In this document: positions 1-9,488 of the stretch, piece by piece
Numbering within the stretch: the first letter of the stretch is position 1
Layout of the letters: each line of letters starts with the position of its first letter
NCBI GenBank assembly: GCA_046496285.1
Contig: JAWOHF010000262.1
Location: 1 to 32,315 of the forward strand
Length of the DNA stretch: 32,315 nt
Source of the DNA: Candidatus Aminicenantes bacterium
Lineage (GTDB): Bacteria > Acidobacteriota > Aminicenantia > Aminicenantales > Saccharicenantaceae
Reading direction: 5' to 3'
Translations under genes and position numbers: made by a program
Notes under the pieces: generated by a model
Databases searched by the model: none
What the model was told of the DNA's origin: nothing
What the model saw: the letters and a program-made list of their open reading frames with translations, nothing else

Positions 1-2172
1 GCGACGCAGTTCGGCGCGCCGGCCGTGCGGGTCGCCGGAAAGGCCCTGATCGCCTCGACCCGTTCGGCTGAGCGCTCCGGTACGGGCGTCGTCGCCCTCT
101 CGACCTGCGAAGGGCCGGGCGGGATCCGCCTCGAGGTCCGGACCCGCTACGATTTCGCCTTCGACGACGGAAGGATGGCCATCACGGCCGAAGTCCGGAA
201 CGCGGGCCAGGCCGCTGTCGAAGGGCTGAGCTTCGGGCTGGGGGCCAACGCCGCCCAGAACTTCAACTTCAGCCCCTTCCACGCCGCGGCCTTCCCGCGG
301 CTGAACTTCCGGGTCTACGAGCGGCCCGACCATGTCCTGGCCTGGTACAATCCTAATCCCCTCGAAACATCCGAGAAGCCCCTGCCCGGCACTTTGAGGC
401 CCGGCCAGGTCCACAAGATCACTTACAGTCTTCTGACCGGGACGGACGTCGCGGAGGTCCTGCGGCGTCTCTATCGCTTGGCCGGCACCGAGGTCGAGAC
501 CGTTTCCCTCGACCTGGGGGAATTCGACGGCCCGGCCGAGGTCCTGGTCAGCGATCCGGCGACCGGGGCGGTCTTCTTCCGGACGTTCCTGGACAAACCC
601 CCGGCGCTATCGTTCCCGCTGCCCAAAGGGAACTATCGCGCCCAAGCCCATTTCTTCCCGGCGATCGTCGAAAAAACCTTCCGGGTCGACGGCCGGGCCG
701 CCGGCCGCGACTGGAAATTGTGGCCCCCGGCGTTCGGCACGCTCCGGGTCGGCATCAAGGACAAGCGGTCGGGCCATGTTCCCGGAAAGGTCTCGTTCCT
801 TGGCCTGGCGCCCACGCCGTCGCCCTACTTCAGGCCCGACAACCCGGTCGAGACCGGGCGGAGCTGGGAGACGTTCAAGAACTCCGTATTCCCGACCGCG
901 GACGGGCTGGAGATCACGCTGCCCGCCGGGACCTATCTCGCGGTCTGCTCGCGGGGCCCCGAGTACACCCGTGAAACGCGCGTCGTCGAGGTCCTCGGCG
1001 GCCCGAATCCCGGCCTCGATTTCACGATCGACAAGGCCGTCGACACCCGCGGGCTCGTCTCACTCGACTCCCACATGCACACCCGGAACTCGGACGGGGC
1101 CATGGGCATCCCGGAGCGCCTGCGGAGCGTCGTCGCCGAGGGCGTCGAGGTCGCCGTGGCCGCCGACCACAATTTCGTCACGGACTACGGGCCCGATCTG
1201 AAGGCCCTGGGGCTCAGCGACCACTTGGCCGTCATCTCCGGCAACGAGGTCACGGCCCGGACGGGGAGCATCCACTACAACACGTTCCCCGACGCCGTCA
1301 GGCCGGGCGAGCCCGGCCGCGGGGCCATCAGCGTCCGCGACGAGAACCCCGGCACTCTCTTCGAGCTCAGCCGGGAAAAGAACCCGGGGACCCTCATCCA
1401 CGTCAATCACCCCCGCTGGCCCGGGCTGGACTACTTCGCCTCCTACAAATTGGACCCCGAGCTCGGGGCCGCGGCGGAAGCCCCCTTCGACCTGAGCTTC
1501 GAGGTCATGGAGGCCTTGAACGGGGTCGTCCTCAACGAGGCCAACCGGCAATCCATCGAGGACTGGTTCCATCTCCTCAACCGGGGCTACCCCATTCGGA
1601 TCGTCGGGACCTCGGACGCCCACACCATCGACGGCGGCGAGCCGGGCTACGCCCGTACGTATGTCCTCTACCAGGGCCTCAAGGGTAACGATCTCGATGT
1701 CCCGGCCCTGGTCAAGGCCCTCAAGGAAGGCCGATCGTTCGTCAGCACGGGGCCGGTCGTCTCCGTTCGGGCCAACGGGCGGGCCACCTTCGGGGACCTC
1801 GTCTCAGCCAAGAAGGGCCGCGTCGATCTGGACATCACCGTGTCCGGGGCTCCCTGGATGGACGTCTCCGAGGTCCGCGTCGTCGTCAACGGCGTTCGCC
1901 GCGAGCCGATCGCCGCCGAGGCCAAGCCCGGGGCCGTCGTCAAGTTCCGGGATAGGGTCCGCCTGACGCTCGAGCGCGACGCCTGGATCGCCGTCGAGGT
2001 CATCGGACGGGCTTCGCTCTACCCTCTCGTCCAGCAGCGCTCGGATGACGGGAAGGCGGAGAACGCCGCCCTCCCCTACGTGCTGACCAATCCCATCTAT
2101 GTGGACGCGGACGGCGACGGCCGGTCCGATCCCGTCTGGCGGGACAAGGTCGTCATCAAGAAAGGGGAATAG
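1..2172 (+). CDS. CehA/McbA-type PHP-fold metallohydrolase (5' end outside window)
   Basis: The frame is open from base 1. PHP metal-binding motifs DSHMHTRNSDG, ADHN, GNEVT, VNHP and GTSDAH; carboxypeptidase-regulatory-like segment SRGPEY; C-terminal TNPIYVDADGDG. Confidence 0.8.
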   Translation, partial: ATQFGAPAVRVAGKALIASTRSAERSGTGVVALSTCEGPGGIRLEVRTRYDFAFDDGRMAITAEVRNAGQAAVEGLSFGLGANAAQNFNFSPFHAAAFPRLNFRVYERPDHVLAWYNPNPLETSEKPLPGTLRPGQVHKITYSLLTGTDVAEVLRRLYRLAGTEVETVSLDLGEFDGPAEVLVSDPATGAVFFRTFLDKPPALSFPLPKGNYRAQAHFFPAIVEKTFRVDGRAAGRDWKLWPPAFGTLRVGIKDKRSGHVPGKVSFLGLAPTPSPYFRPDNPVETGRSWETFKNSVFPTADGLEITLPAGTYLAVCSRGPEYTRETRVVEVLGGPNPGLDFTIDKAVDTRGLVSLDSHMHTRNSDGAMGIPERLRSVVAEGVEVAVAADHNFVTDYGPDLKALGLSDHLAVISGNEVTARTGSIHYNTFPDAVRPGEPGRGAISVRDENPGTLFELSREKNPGTLIHVNHPRWPGLDYFASYKLDPELGAAAEAPFDLSFEVMEALNGVVLNEANRQSIEDWFHLLNRGYPIRIVGTSDAHTIDGGEPGYARTYVLYQGLKGNDLDVPALVKALKEGRSFVSTGPVVSVRANGRATFGDLVSAKKGRVDLDITVSGAPWMDVSEVRVVVNGVRREPIAAEAKPGAVVKFRDRVRLTLERDAWIAVEVIGRASLYPLVQQRSDDGKAENAALPYVLTNPIYVDADGDGRSDPVWRDKVVIKKGE

Positions 2173-2185
2173 GTAGAGCCTCGGC

Positions 2186-3094
2186 TCAGGCCCGGCTCTT
2201 GGCGCGCAGGTCCTCGGAGACCTCGCGCTTCTTCAGGAACTCGTAACTCACGGCTCCATACTTGCACGAGGACACGCACTTGAGGCAGCGCACGCAGTCC
2301 GGAGTGTCGGCCGATTCGTAGATCCTGATGCCGACGGGGCAGTCCCTGAGGCACTGGTCACAGCGGGTGCATTTCTCGTCGTCCACGGCCATCCGGAAAA
2401 GGCTGGCCTTGTTGAAAAGCCCCAGGATCGCGCCCAGAGGACAGACGGCCCGGCAGAACGGCCTGCGGATAAGGACCATGGCGGCCATGAACAGGACGAG
2501 CAGCGCGACTTTCCAATAGTACATGAAGCCGACCAGGGCCCGCAGATTGGTGTTGAGGGCGACGAGCGGCAGGCCCGCCTCGAGGGTCCCGGCCGGACAG
2601 ACCCACTTGCAGAACCAAGTCTCCCCGAAGCCGAACTCGTCGACGACGAGCAGGGGCAGGGCGATAACGAAGACCGCTAGGAAGACGTACCGGAAATAGG
2701 ACAGGAAAGACGGCATCCTGACCTTGGGCGTGGGGATCTTGTGAAGCAGTTCCTGGAAGAACCCGAACGGGCAGAGCCAGCCGCAGGGCAGGCGGCCCAC
2801 GACGCTGCCGACCGCCCCGAGGAAGCCGATGACGTAGAGCCCGAACTTCTTCTCGGCGATCGACAGGTTGAAGCGCAGGCCGCCGAACGAGGTCTGCAGG
2901 GCCCCGATAGGGCACGCTCCCAGGGCCGACGGGCAGGAGTAGCAGTTGAGGACCGGGACACAGACGCCCTTGATGTCGCCCTGGAAGATCCGGCCCTTGA
3001 GCCAGCCCGGCAGCCAGGCGTTCATGGCCAGGGCGCTCGCGGCCTGGTACCAAGCCCGTTTATCCCGGGGTTTCTTCCTCGATGCGCCGGCCAC
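2186..3094 (-). CDS. Membrane-bound 4Fe-4S binding protein (NapH/MauN/RdxB-like)
   Basis: CYSCP, CPIG, CGWLCPFG, CKWVCPAG and CRAVCPLG motifs between hydrophobic segments, plus two C-terminal ferredoxin motifs (CTRCDQCLRDCP, CVRCLKCVSSC). Confidence 0.85.
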   Translation of the reverse strand: MAGASRKKPRDKRAWYQAASALAMNAWLPGWLKGRIFQGDIKGVCVPVLNCYSCPSALGACPIGALQTSFGGLRFNLSIAEKKFGLYVIGFLGAVGSVVGRLPCGWLCPFGFFQELLHKIPTPKVRMPSFLSYFRYVFLAVFVIALPLLVVDEFGFGETWFCKWVCPAGTLEAGLPLVALNTNLRALVGFMYYWKVALLVLFMAAMVLIRRPFCRAVCPLGAILGLFNKASLFRMAVDDEKCTRCDQCLRDCPVGIRIYESADTPDCVRCLKCVSSCKYGAVSYEFLKKREVSEDLRAKSRA

Positions 3095-3103
3095 GGTCCG
3101 ACC

Positions 3104-3238
3104 TCACCCGATCCCGATGCAGTCGAGGCAGACCATGACGGCCTTCTCCAGGACGACCTTGTACTCGCCGAGCAGGAGCCCGGCGGCCATCAGCCCGGTG
3201 AAAAGGGCCAGCAGGATCCAGGGCAGCTTACGCTTCAT
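3104..3238 (-). CDS. 44-aa membrane microprotein with C-terminal CxxC (CD1871A-like family)
   Basis: MKRKLPWILLALFTGLMAAGLLLGEYKVVLEKAVMVCLDCIGIG. Its ATG overlaps the tlpA stop (ATGA, 3235-3238) and it ends in CLDCIGIG. It is hidden at the end of a longer spurious ORF in the track. Confidence 0.8.
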   Translation of the reverse strand: MKRKLPWILLALFTGLMAAGLLLGEYKVVLEKAVMVCLDCIGIG

Positions 3239-3864
3239 CCCTTCCCTCTGTTGACGAGCCCCGCGACGGCGTGGTCGAGCTCGGCGACGAACTCTTCCTT
3301 GAAGCCGACATGGACGTGAGTGATGCGGCCTTTCGAATCGACGAGATAGACGACCGGGATCTCCTGGACCTGGTAGCGCTTCTTCATATCCTTGGCCGAG
3401 CGGACCATCCCGCCGGCAAAGTCCCCCTTGCTTGGATCGGCGAGCATGAAATAGGTGATCTTGAGCTTTTGGATGAACGGCCGGACGACCTTGGAGCCGG
3501 CGTCGTCGAGAGCGATTCCGATGACCCGCAGGCCGCCCTCGACCTGGCCCTCGGCCGGGCCGAACTTCTCGTGCAGGCTCTGCAGGTGGGGCATGGCCTT
3601 GCGGCAGGGCACGCACCAGGTGGCCCAGAAGTCGATGAGGAGCGCGTCCGGATGGGACTTGAGGGTCCGGGTCTCCCCCGCCGCCGTCTCGGTGACGATC
3701 AGGGTCAGCTTCCCGTCCTCCAAGGTCACCGCGTATTCCCGGTTGTCGACGTCGAGCAGCGAGAACGGGATGAGCGTGTCGCCCGGCTTCAGGACGGCGA
3801 AGGAAGAGACGGCCAGGATGAACAGCGCGGCGGCGGCACAGGCGGTCTTGAGTAAGGTCTTCAT
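3235..3864 (-). CDS. TlpA-family thiol-disulfide oxidoreductase, exported
   Basis: Signal peptide MKTLLK...SSFA, FWATWCVPC active site, cis-Pro region EIPVVYLVD; GGGAG ribosome-binding site. Confidence 0.9.
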   Translation of the reverse strand: MKTLLKTACAAAALFILAVSSFAVLKPGDTLIPFSLLDVDNREYAVTLEDGKLTLIVTETAAGETRTLKSHPDALLIDFWATWCVPCRKAMPHLQSLHEKFGPAEGQVEGGLRVIGIALDDAGSKVVRPFIQKLKITYFMLADPSKGDFAGGMVRSAKDMKKRYQVQEIPVVYLVDSKGRITHVHVGFKEEFVAELDHAVAGLVNRGKG

Positions 3865-3897
3865 CGGGTCTCCCGGGGCGGCGTTCCGTCGAAATCC

Positions 3898-3926
3898 AGT
3901 GTAGCGGTCCGGCCCCGCTTTTTCAA
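3898..3926 (-). promoter_or_regulatory. Sigma70-type promoter for the tlpA operon
   Basis: TTGAAA-17 nt-TACACT on the minus strand, about 35 nt upstream of the tlpA ATG. Confidence 0.55.
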
Positions 3927-3941
3927 GCGGCGGAGGGGGGA

Positions 3942-4505
3942 TCAGAAGCGGATGACCAGGCCGGCCCCGGCCTGCAGGCCGCCGATCTTGGCCTCGAGGG
4001 GATCGGGGCCGTCGGTCTTGATCGTGCAGCTCGAGTAATTCCCATGCAGGTCGAGCGAGACAGGCCCGGCGATCTTGATGAGCAGGCCTCCCCGGACGAG
4101 AAAACCGAAGCCGCTCTCGCTGGCCGTCCCGAGCTGATTCTCCTCGTGGAGCATGAAATAGCCGGCCGCGGCGCCGAGGTAAGGCCGGACCCCCGAGTGG
4201 CCGATGTGATAGCGGAGCCCGGCGAAGACCGGCACGATGCGTGTGCTCGTTTCCTCTTCGGTCACCGGGAGCAGGCCTTTCTTCGTGAAGTGCTCTGCCC
4301 CGGCCCAGGCGTGGAGGCCGCCGGCGATAGGCACGGCGATCTCCGCGCCGAATACGGGACCGCTCCCGTAGACCTCCTTGAAGACCTCGTCCGAGGGCAT
4401 GAAATAGCCGCCCTTGAAGGTCAGGGAGAACCCGGCCCCCCAGGCCGTGCCAGCCGACAGGACCAGGGCCGCCGCGGTCAGGAACCTAAGGCGTGCTCTC
4501 TTCAT
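3942..4505 (-). CDS. Outer-membrane beta-barrel protein (small, OmpW/porin-like)
   Basis: Signal peptide MKRARLR...AWG, alternating amphipathic strands (VRPYLGAAAGY), C-terminal Phe (GLVIRF). Start placed at ATG 4505 after GGGAGAG. Confidence 0.8.
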   Translation of the reverse strand: MKRARLRFLTAAALVLSAGTAWGAGFSLTFKGGYFMPSDEVFKEVYGSGPVFGAEIAVPIAGGLHAWAGAEHFTKKGLLPVTEEETSTRIVPVFAGLRYHIGHSGVRPYLGAAAGYFMLHEENQLGTASESGFGFLVRGGLLIKIAGPVSLDLHGNYSSCTIKTDGPDPLEAKIGGLQAGAGLVIRF

Positions 4506-4542
4506 CGGTCTCTCCCAACTCGCGTCAATCCGGCGAAGGGCC

Positions 4543-4571
4543 ATTCTATGGCCCCGTCATAGCCCTGTCAA
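4543..4571 (-). promoter_or_regulatory. Near-consensus sigma70 promoter for the outer-membrane protein gene
   Basis: TTGACA-17 nt-TAGAAT on the minus strand. Confidence 0.7.
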
Positions 4572-4922
4572 GGCCGGGCTCATCAAAGAGCCCGAGGTTG
4601 AGGATAATCCATGAAAGAGGGGGGGGATTTTCGACGCCCGCAGAGGTCCATTATTGCACGCCCGTTGACATCGGGCCGTTTTCGGCTTTCTCCGTGCGCA
4701 GCGATCGGACCCCCGAAACCGAGTCTTCCTCGTCCACCGCGAAGTCCCCTCGCTCCGCCTTTCCGCTCCGGGGCGCCCAGTATTCGCTCAGCAGCCGGTT
4801 CAGGGGACCGGAGGCCGCCCGCGGCTCCCCGGCTTGCGGGGCCGCGATCCGGACCTCGACGTCCTCGATCCGCAGGCTTGAGCCGGCCTGGCTGCCCGCT
4901 GGCGGATGAGCGGACGGATGAG

Positions 4923-5046
4923 CCCGGAATGCGGCCAGCTGAGGATCCGTTCCGCCCATTCCGTCCGGGCTGAGCAATCCCTTATTGACAAGAAGTCCCA
5001 GGACCTCCCGGGCGAAGATCTCGGCCAGCCGAGAGTCGTCCAGATG
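4923..5046 (-). pseudogene. IS91-family transposase internal fragment, frameshifted
   Basis: DDSRLAEIFAREVLGLLVNKGLLSP continues in another frame as EWAERILSWPHSG. The shift comes from a 4-bp CGGA duplication. The W-x-H-S/T-G end matches the start of the fragment at 13537. Confidence 0.7.
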
Positions 5047-5164
5047 TAGCGATCCGCATTCGAGCATCCGGCCAACCAAATCATCCCTCAAGGCGTCAGT
5101 ACCTGGTGAAGCCCGTTCACCTGAAGCCGGAGTCGGGCCAGCTCTCGAGAAAAAAGACAGGGCC

Positions 5165-7588
5165 ATGATGAAAAACGACCTCCTTTCGTCCTGGAGGAAC
5201 CTGAAAAAGAACAGGCTCTACGCGGCCCTGAACATCATCGGCCTGGCCGTCGGCATCGCGGTCACGCTCTTCGCCGTGCTCATGATCCGGTTCGAGGCGA
5301 GTTACGACCGCCAATCGGCCCACGCCTCGCGGATTTTCAGGGTCGCGGGTCCCCGGCACTCGGGAACCCCCTTCTTTTTCGGCGGGCGGCTTTTGTCGTT
5401 GTTTCCCGAGGTCGAGGATGTCGTAGCCCTCAAAAAGATCAGCACGGGGGACGACCGGGTGCTCGTCACGGCCGGGGAAAAGCGTCTCCGCGAAGAAAAG
5501 CTGTTCGTGGCGGAGCCGTCATTTTTTCGCCTTTTCCCGGTCTCCTTCATCGCGGGCCGTCCGGAGACGGCCCTGTCCCATCCGCATGCGGCGACGCTCA
5601 CCGAGAGCGCCGCCCGACGATACTTCGGGACGACGGACTGTCTGGGGCTGGTCGTCGCGGTCGAGGGCCGACACGAGCTCCAGGTCGAAGCCGTCGTCCG
5701 CGACCTCCCCCCCAACTCCCATTTTTCCTTCAACGTCCTCGCTCCGGTCGAGGCCGGCCCGGCCATCCTCGGCCACGACGACCGGGAGATCTGGTCCTCC
5801 TGGAATTATAAGACCTATGTCCTCGTCGCGGAGGGGGCCGCGGCCGAAAGCCTCGAGGGGAAACTTCCCCGCGCCTTCCCCGAGGAGTTCCGGGCTTCGC
5901 GGGCCGGGGGAGTCGTCGATCCGTCCGGACTGCGCCTTCAGCCCCTGACGGACATCCATCTCTGGTCACACCTGAGGGACGAGATCGAGCCGAACAGGGA
6001 CATTCGCTCGATCCTGCTGGTTTCGGCCGTCGTCCTCCTCATCCTCCTCTCCTCCGTCCTGAACTTCGTCAGTCTGGCCACGGCCCAGTCCCTTCGGAGG
6101 TTTCGCGAAGTCGGACTGCGCAAGGTCCTGGGGGCCGCCCGGGGACAGATCGTCCGGCAGTTCCTCGGCGAGGCGCTCCTCCTTTCGGCGGCGTCTTCAG
6201 TCGCCGCGCTGGTGCTCCTCCGATGGATGTTCCCCCTCCTCCGGGAGTTCTCGGGCACTGCTCTCGCCTGGGGCGATATCCCCTGGCTATCGACCGCCGG
6301 GGCGCTCTTCGCCCTGAACGTCCTCGTCGGGACGGCGGCGGGCGCCTTCCCGGCATTCTTCGCCGCTTCGTTCTCCCCGGCCCGCTCCCTGAAGGTCGAC
6401 AGGCCGTCGGCCAAGGGAAAAATGACGTCGCGCCACGCTCTCCTCCTGTTCCAGTTCCTGATATCCCTCGTGTTCCTCACGGGGGCCCTCATCATCCGGG
6501 CCCAGCTCCGTCATCTCCAGACCCGGGACCTCGGCATCGACGGCGATCAGGTCGTCATCGTCCGCCTCCCTTCCTCGCTCATGACACGGACCGAATCGCT
6601 GAAGGCCGAGCTCCTCGGCCGGCCGGGGATACGGGCGGCGTCCGGGACGAGTTTTGTCCCCGGCCGGAGCGTTTCCTATCTGGATTCCGCCTGGGAAGGG
6701 CTGCCGCCCGGAGAAAAGGCCATGCTCCATATGTTCGTGGCCGATCCGGACGTCGTCGAAACCTACGGCCTGACCGTCATCGAGGGGAGGGATTTCCTTC
6801 CGGAGGACGCGACGGCCGGTGAAAGACGGCTGCTGGTGAACGAAGCGGCCGTCCGCCGTTTCGGCTGGGACCGGGCCGTGGACAAGCGGATGGAGTTCAG
6901 CACGCCTTTCGGAAAGGCGTGCCGAGTCGTCGGCGTCGTGCGGGATTTCAATTTCCGATCCCTGTATTTTCCCCGGGAGCCGCTGGTCATCATGGCCATG
7001 CCGCCGAGCTTTTCCTCCGTGGTCAACGGAAGGCCCTGGAATGCCAGGATGTTCGGCTACCTCGCCGTCAAATTGTCCGGACAGGACCTCCCCGCAGCCC
7101 TCCGCGTCATCCGGGAATTCTGCCGAACGCACATCGCCGAGGGCGAGGGCGTCTGGTCTTTCCTCAACGACGAGTTCGGCCGGGTCTACGCCGGGGAGAT
7201 GAGGCTCGCAAAGATGATGGACGCCTCTTCCGTCCTGGCCGTCCTTCTGTCGGTCCTCGGGGTGTTCGGCATCTCGGCCTTCCTCGTCGAGCGGCGCCGG
7301 AAAGAGATCTCCATCCGAAAGGTCCTGGGGGCTTCGCCGGTCCGGATCGTGGCCCTGTGCTCCCGGGACTTCCTGAGGCTCCAGGCCCTCGCGGCGGTCG
7401 TCACCGTGCCCGTCGTCCTCGTATTCGCCCGTCGCTGGCTTGACACCTTCGCCTACCGGATCGCTCTGGGTCCGGCTTGTTTCATCCTGGGATTCGCCCT
7501 GACATGCGGGGTCCTCCTGGCGGTCATCGCGTGGCACGTCCTGCGCGCGGCCCTGGCCAATCCCGCCGCCAACCTCCGTCAGGATTAA
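5165..7588 (+). CDS. ABC transporter permease, MacB/FtsX duplicated type
   Basis: SWRNLKKNRLYAALNIIGLAVGIA start, LQPLTDIHL, and two RxxEVG/ISIRKVLGA motifs with two periplasmic domains. Start set at ATG 5165/5168. Confidence 0.9.
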   Translation: MMKNDLLSSWRNLKKNRLYAALNIIGLAVGIAVTLFAVLMIRFEASYDRQSAHASRIFRVAGPRHSGTPFFFGGRLLSLFPEVEDVVALKKISTGDDRVLVTAGEKRLREEKLFVAEPSFFRLFPVSFIAGRPETALSHPHAATLTESAARRYFGTTDCLGLVVAVEGRHELQVEAVVRDLPPNSHFSFNVLAPVEAGPAILGHDDREIWSSWNYKTYVLVAEGAAAESLEGKLPRAFPEEFRASRAGGVVDPSGLRLQPLTDIHLWSHLRDEIEPNRDIRSILLVSAVVLLILLSSVLNFVSLATAQSLRRFREVGLRKVLGAARGQIVRQFLGEALLLSAASSVAALVLLRWMFPLLREFSGTALAWGDIPWLSTAGALFALNVLVGTAAGAFPAFFAASFSPARSLKVDRPSAKGKMTSRHALLLFQFLISLVFLTGALIIRAQLRHLQTRDLGIDGDQVVIVRLPSSLMTRTESLKAELLGRPGIRAASGTSFVPGRSVSYLDSAWEGLPPGEKAMLHMFVADPDVVETYGLTVIEGRDFLPEDATAGERRLLVNEAAVRRFGWDRAVDKRMEFSTPFGKACRVVGVVRDFNFRSLYFPREPLVIMAMPPSFSSVVNGRPWNARMFGYLAVKLSGQDLPAALRVIREFCRTHIAEGEGVWSFLNDEFGRVYAGEMRLAKMMDASSVLAVLLSVLGVFGISAFLVERRRKEISIRKVLGASPVRIVALCSRDFLRLQALAAVVTVPVVLVFARRWLDTFAYRIALGPACFILGFALTCGVLLAVIAWHVLRAALANPAANLRQD

Positions 7589-7798
7589 CGGCCGTGAATT
7601 GCGCCAAAGGCCGTCGAGGACCTCAGAATGACCGGTGCGCAACATTTCCCGCCCTCGATGCGTATTTATTACCTGCTTGCCGAATGTCAATGAGGCGAGA
7701 GAATGAAAAGAGCTGGTTGCGTCAACGGCGGGAAGCCTGATGCTCGCGGCCGTCGGGACGGTCGCGGAGCGGACCTGTTGACGATAGGGAGATCACCC

Positions 7799-9466
7799 AT
7801 GAAGCCGAAAAACAAGCTTATTCCTGTCCTCATCTCTTTGGCCCTCTTGCCGCTTCTCTTCGGCTTTGGGCACGACGCGGGAACCGACCTTCCTCCCTGC
7901 ACGAAGATCGAGCTTCAGCGGCTCGTGGTGCTCTACGACCTCCTGGATGCGCACGCCGCGGAGATCTGGCCCGGCTGGGACAACTACATGGATGTCGAGT
8001 TCCGGATGGATTTCCCCAACCGGGTCCGCATGATCGTCAATCCCCAAGGAGAGCCCGCGGCGGGCTATAAGCTCCTCGAGGGGACAACGGTGAGGGGGCG
8101 TAAGGTCTACCTCGACCGGACGGAAGAGATCCCCCTGGCCCTGAAGCCTCCGTTGGGCAGGGGCGGCGCGGCCCAGTTCGGCCGGGTCTTCATCAACCTC
8201 GAGGCCCTGGAAAACATTCCGGCGCCCGAGGCCTGCCGCCGCGATAATTACGCCGATTGGGAGCACGCCCAGAGCGAATCCCAGATCCTCACCTACGCCC
8301 ATGAGCTGTTCCATGAGTACCAGTCGGTCGTCTGGCCGTTCCGGAAGAAGGCCGGCGCCGCCTTGATCAAGATGAGAGAGAAGGCCGCCCAAGCTCCGGC
8401 CCGGACGGCCGCGCCGAGGCGGCAGGACCGAGGCGATCCTGGATTCCCGCCCATTTATTATGTGCCCCTTTCTTACCCCGTCTTCAAGGAGATCGAAGGA
8501 CGGGCGATCCTGGCCGCTTACGGCGCGAAGGACGACCGGGAGGCCGTCGAATACCTCGAGGACGCGATGGCGGCCCGCCGGATCCGGCATGACAACATGC
8601 CCGAGGAGGAGGTCGCCCGGGAGATCATGGTGACCGTCGGCGAAGGAACGGCCCAGTACGCCCAGATCAAGTTGGCCCACGCGGTCCTCGGCTCCGGCTA
8701 TCGGGACAAGGGAGACCTCGGAAGTGATCCCTATTTCTTCGGCTTCCGCTTCATGGACGAATACGTCCGCCGGTGGACGGTCCGGCAGATGGAAGCCAGC
8801 TGCCTGGACACCTTCGACGCGAGGCCGTTCCACTACAGCTTCGGGATGTTTGCCGGATTCCTGTGCGACCGGTTCGTGCCCGGCTGGAAGCAGGATTTCC
8901 TCGAAGGCGAGCGGACCTTCGACGACGTCCTCGAAAGGTTCCTCGGGCTGGACGACCGCGAGTGGCGGGATGTCGACAACCGGCTGAAGAACAAGTATCC
9001 TTACGACGAGATCGCGGCCAGGCACGGCCGGCTGATCAAGGAGAGGGACGACGCCATCGCACTCGTCGAGGGCCGGAAGGGCAAGCGGTTCGTCGTGGAC
9101 TGGACGGCGACGAAGGTCGTCTTTCCCGAGATCGTCCCTCGTGGCGTCATGCAGAAGCACAGCTACAGGAATATCTTCCCCCGCGGAATCGAGAAGATGA
9201 CCTTCGGCGAGGTCGAGCTCGTCGGGCGGGACACGCCCATGGACCGGTTCTGGAACTATCTTCTCGAGTGGGTGGACACGGACTTGAAGTCGAGGGAGAA
9301 GGGATACGGGCTGACCTACGGGAGCAAGGACGGGGATGTTTACCGGGACGCCGTTCTGACGACATCGGGCTTCGTCCTCAAGGCCCCCGAACTCAGGCTC
9401 GACGAAAAGGCGGACGAGGTTTGGATCGAGGTCCTATCCAAGGTCGGCCGCGAGGCGAAGAAATAG
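7799..9466 (+). CDS. Exported putative zinc metallopeptidase (HExxH...EGxA)
   Basis: Signal peptide MKPKNKLIPVLISLALL, YAHELFHEY followed by EGTAQY (gluzincin-like third ligand); GGGAG ribosome-binding site. Confidence 0.6.
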   Translation: MKPKNKLIPVLISLALLPLLFGFGHDAGTDLPPCTKIELQRLVVLYDLLDAHAAEIWPGWDNYMDVEFRMDFPNRVRMIVNPQGEPAAGYKLLEGTTVRGRKVYLDRTEEIPLALKPPLGRGGAAQFGRVFINLEALENIPAPEACRRDNYADWEHAQSESQILTYAHELFHEYQSVVWPFRKKAGAALIKMREKAAQAPARTAAPRRQDRGDPGFPPIYYVPLSYPVFKEIEGRAILAAYGAKDDREAVEYLEDAMAARRIRHDNMPEEEVAREIMVTVGEGTAQYAQIKLAHAVLGSGYRDKGDLGSDPYFFGFRFMDEYVRRWTVRQMEASCLDTFDARPFHYSFGMFAGFLCDRFVPGWKQDFLEGERTFDDVLERFLGLDDREWRDVDNRLKNKYPYDEIAARHGRLIKERDDAIALVEGRKGKRFVVDWTATKVVFPEIVPRGVMQKHSYRNIFPRGIEKMTFGEVELVGRDTPMDRFWNYLLEWVDTDLKSREKGYGLTYGSKDGDVYRDAVLTTSGFVLKAPELRLDEKADEVWIEVLSKVGREAKK

Positions 9467-9488
9467 CGGAATCCATGGAGGTCAGGAA

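Noticed and set aside
4619-4626. G8 tract as a phase-variation switch
   Set aside because: It is short and lies about 50 nt outside the outer-membrane protein promoter's -35/-10 spacer.
4651-5166. 171-aa ORF as a real gene
   Set aside because: Only about 30 codons are recognisable (transposase) and the homology leaves the frame at the 4-bp duplication.
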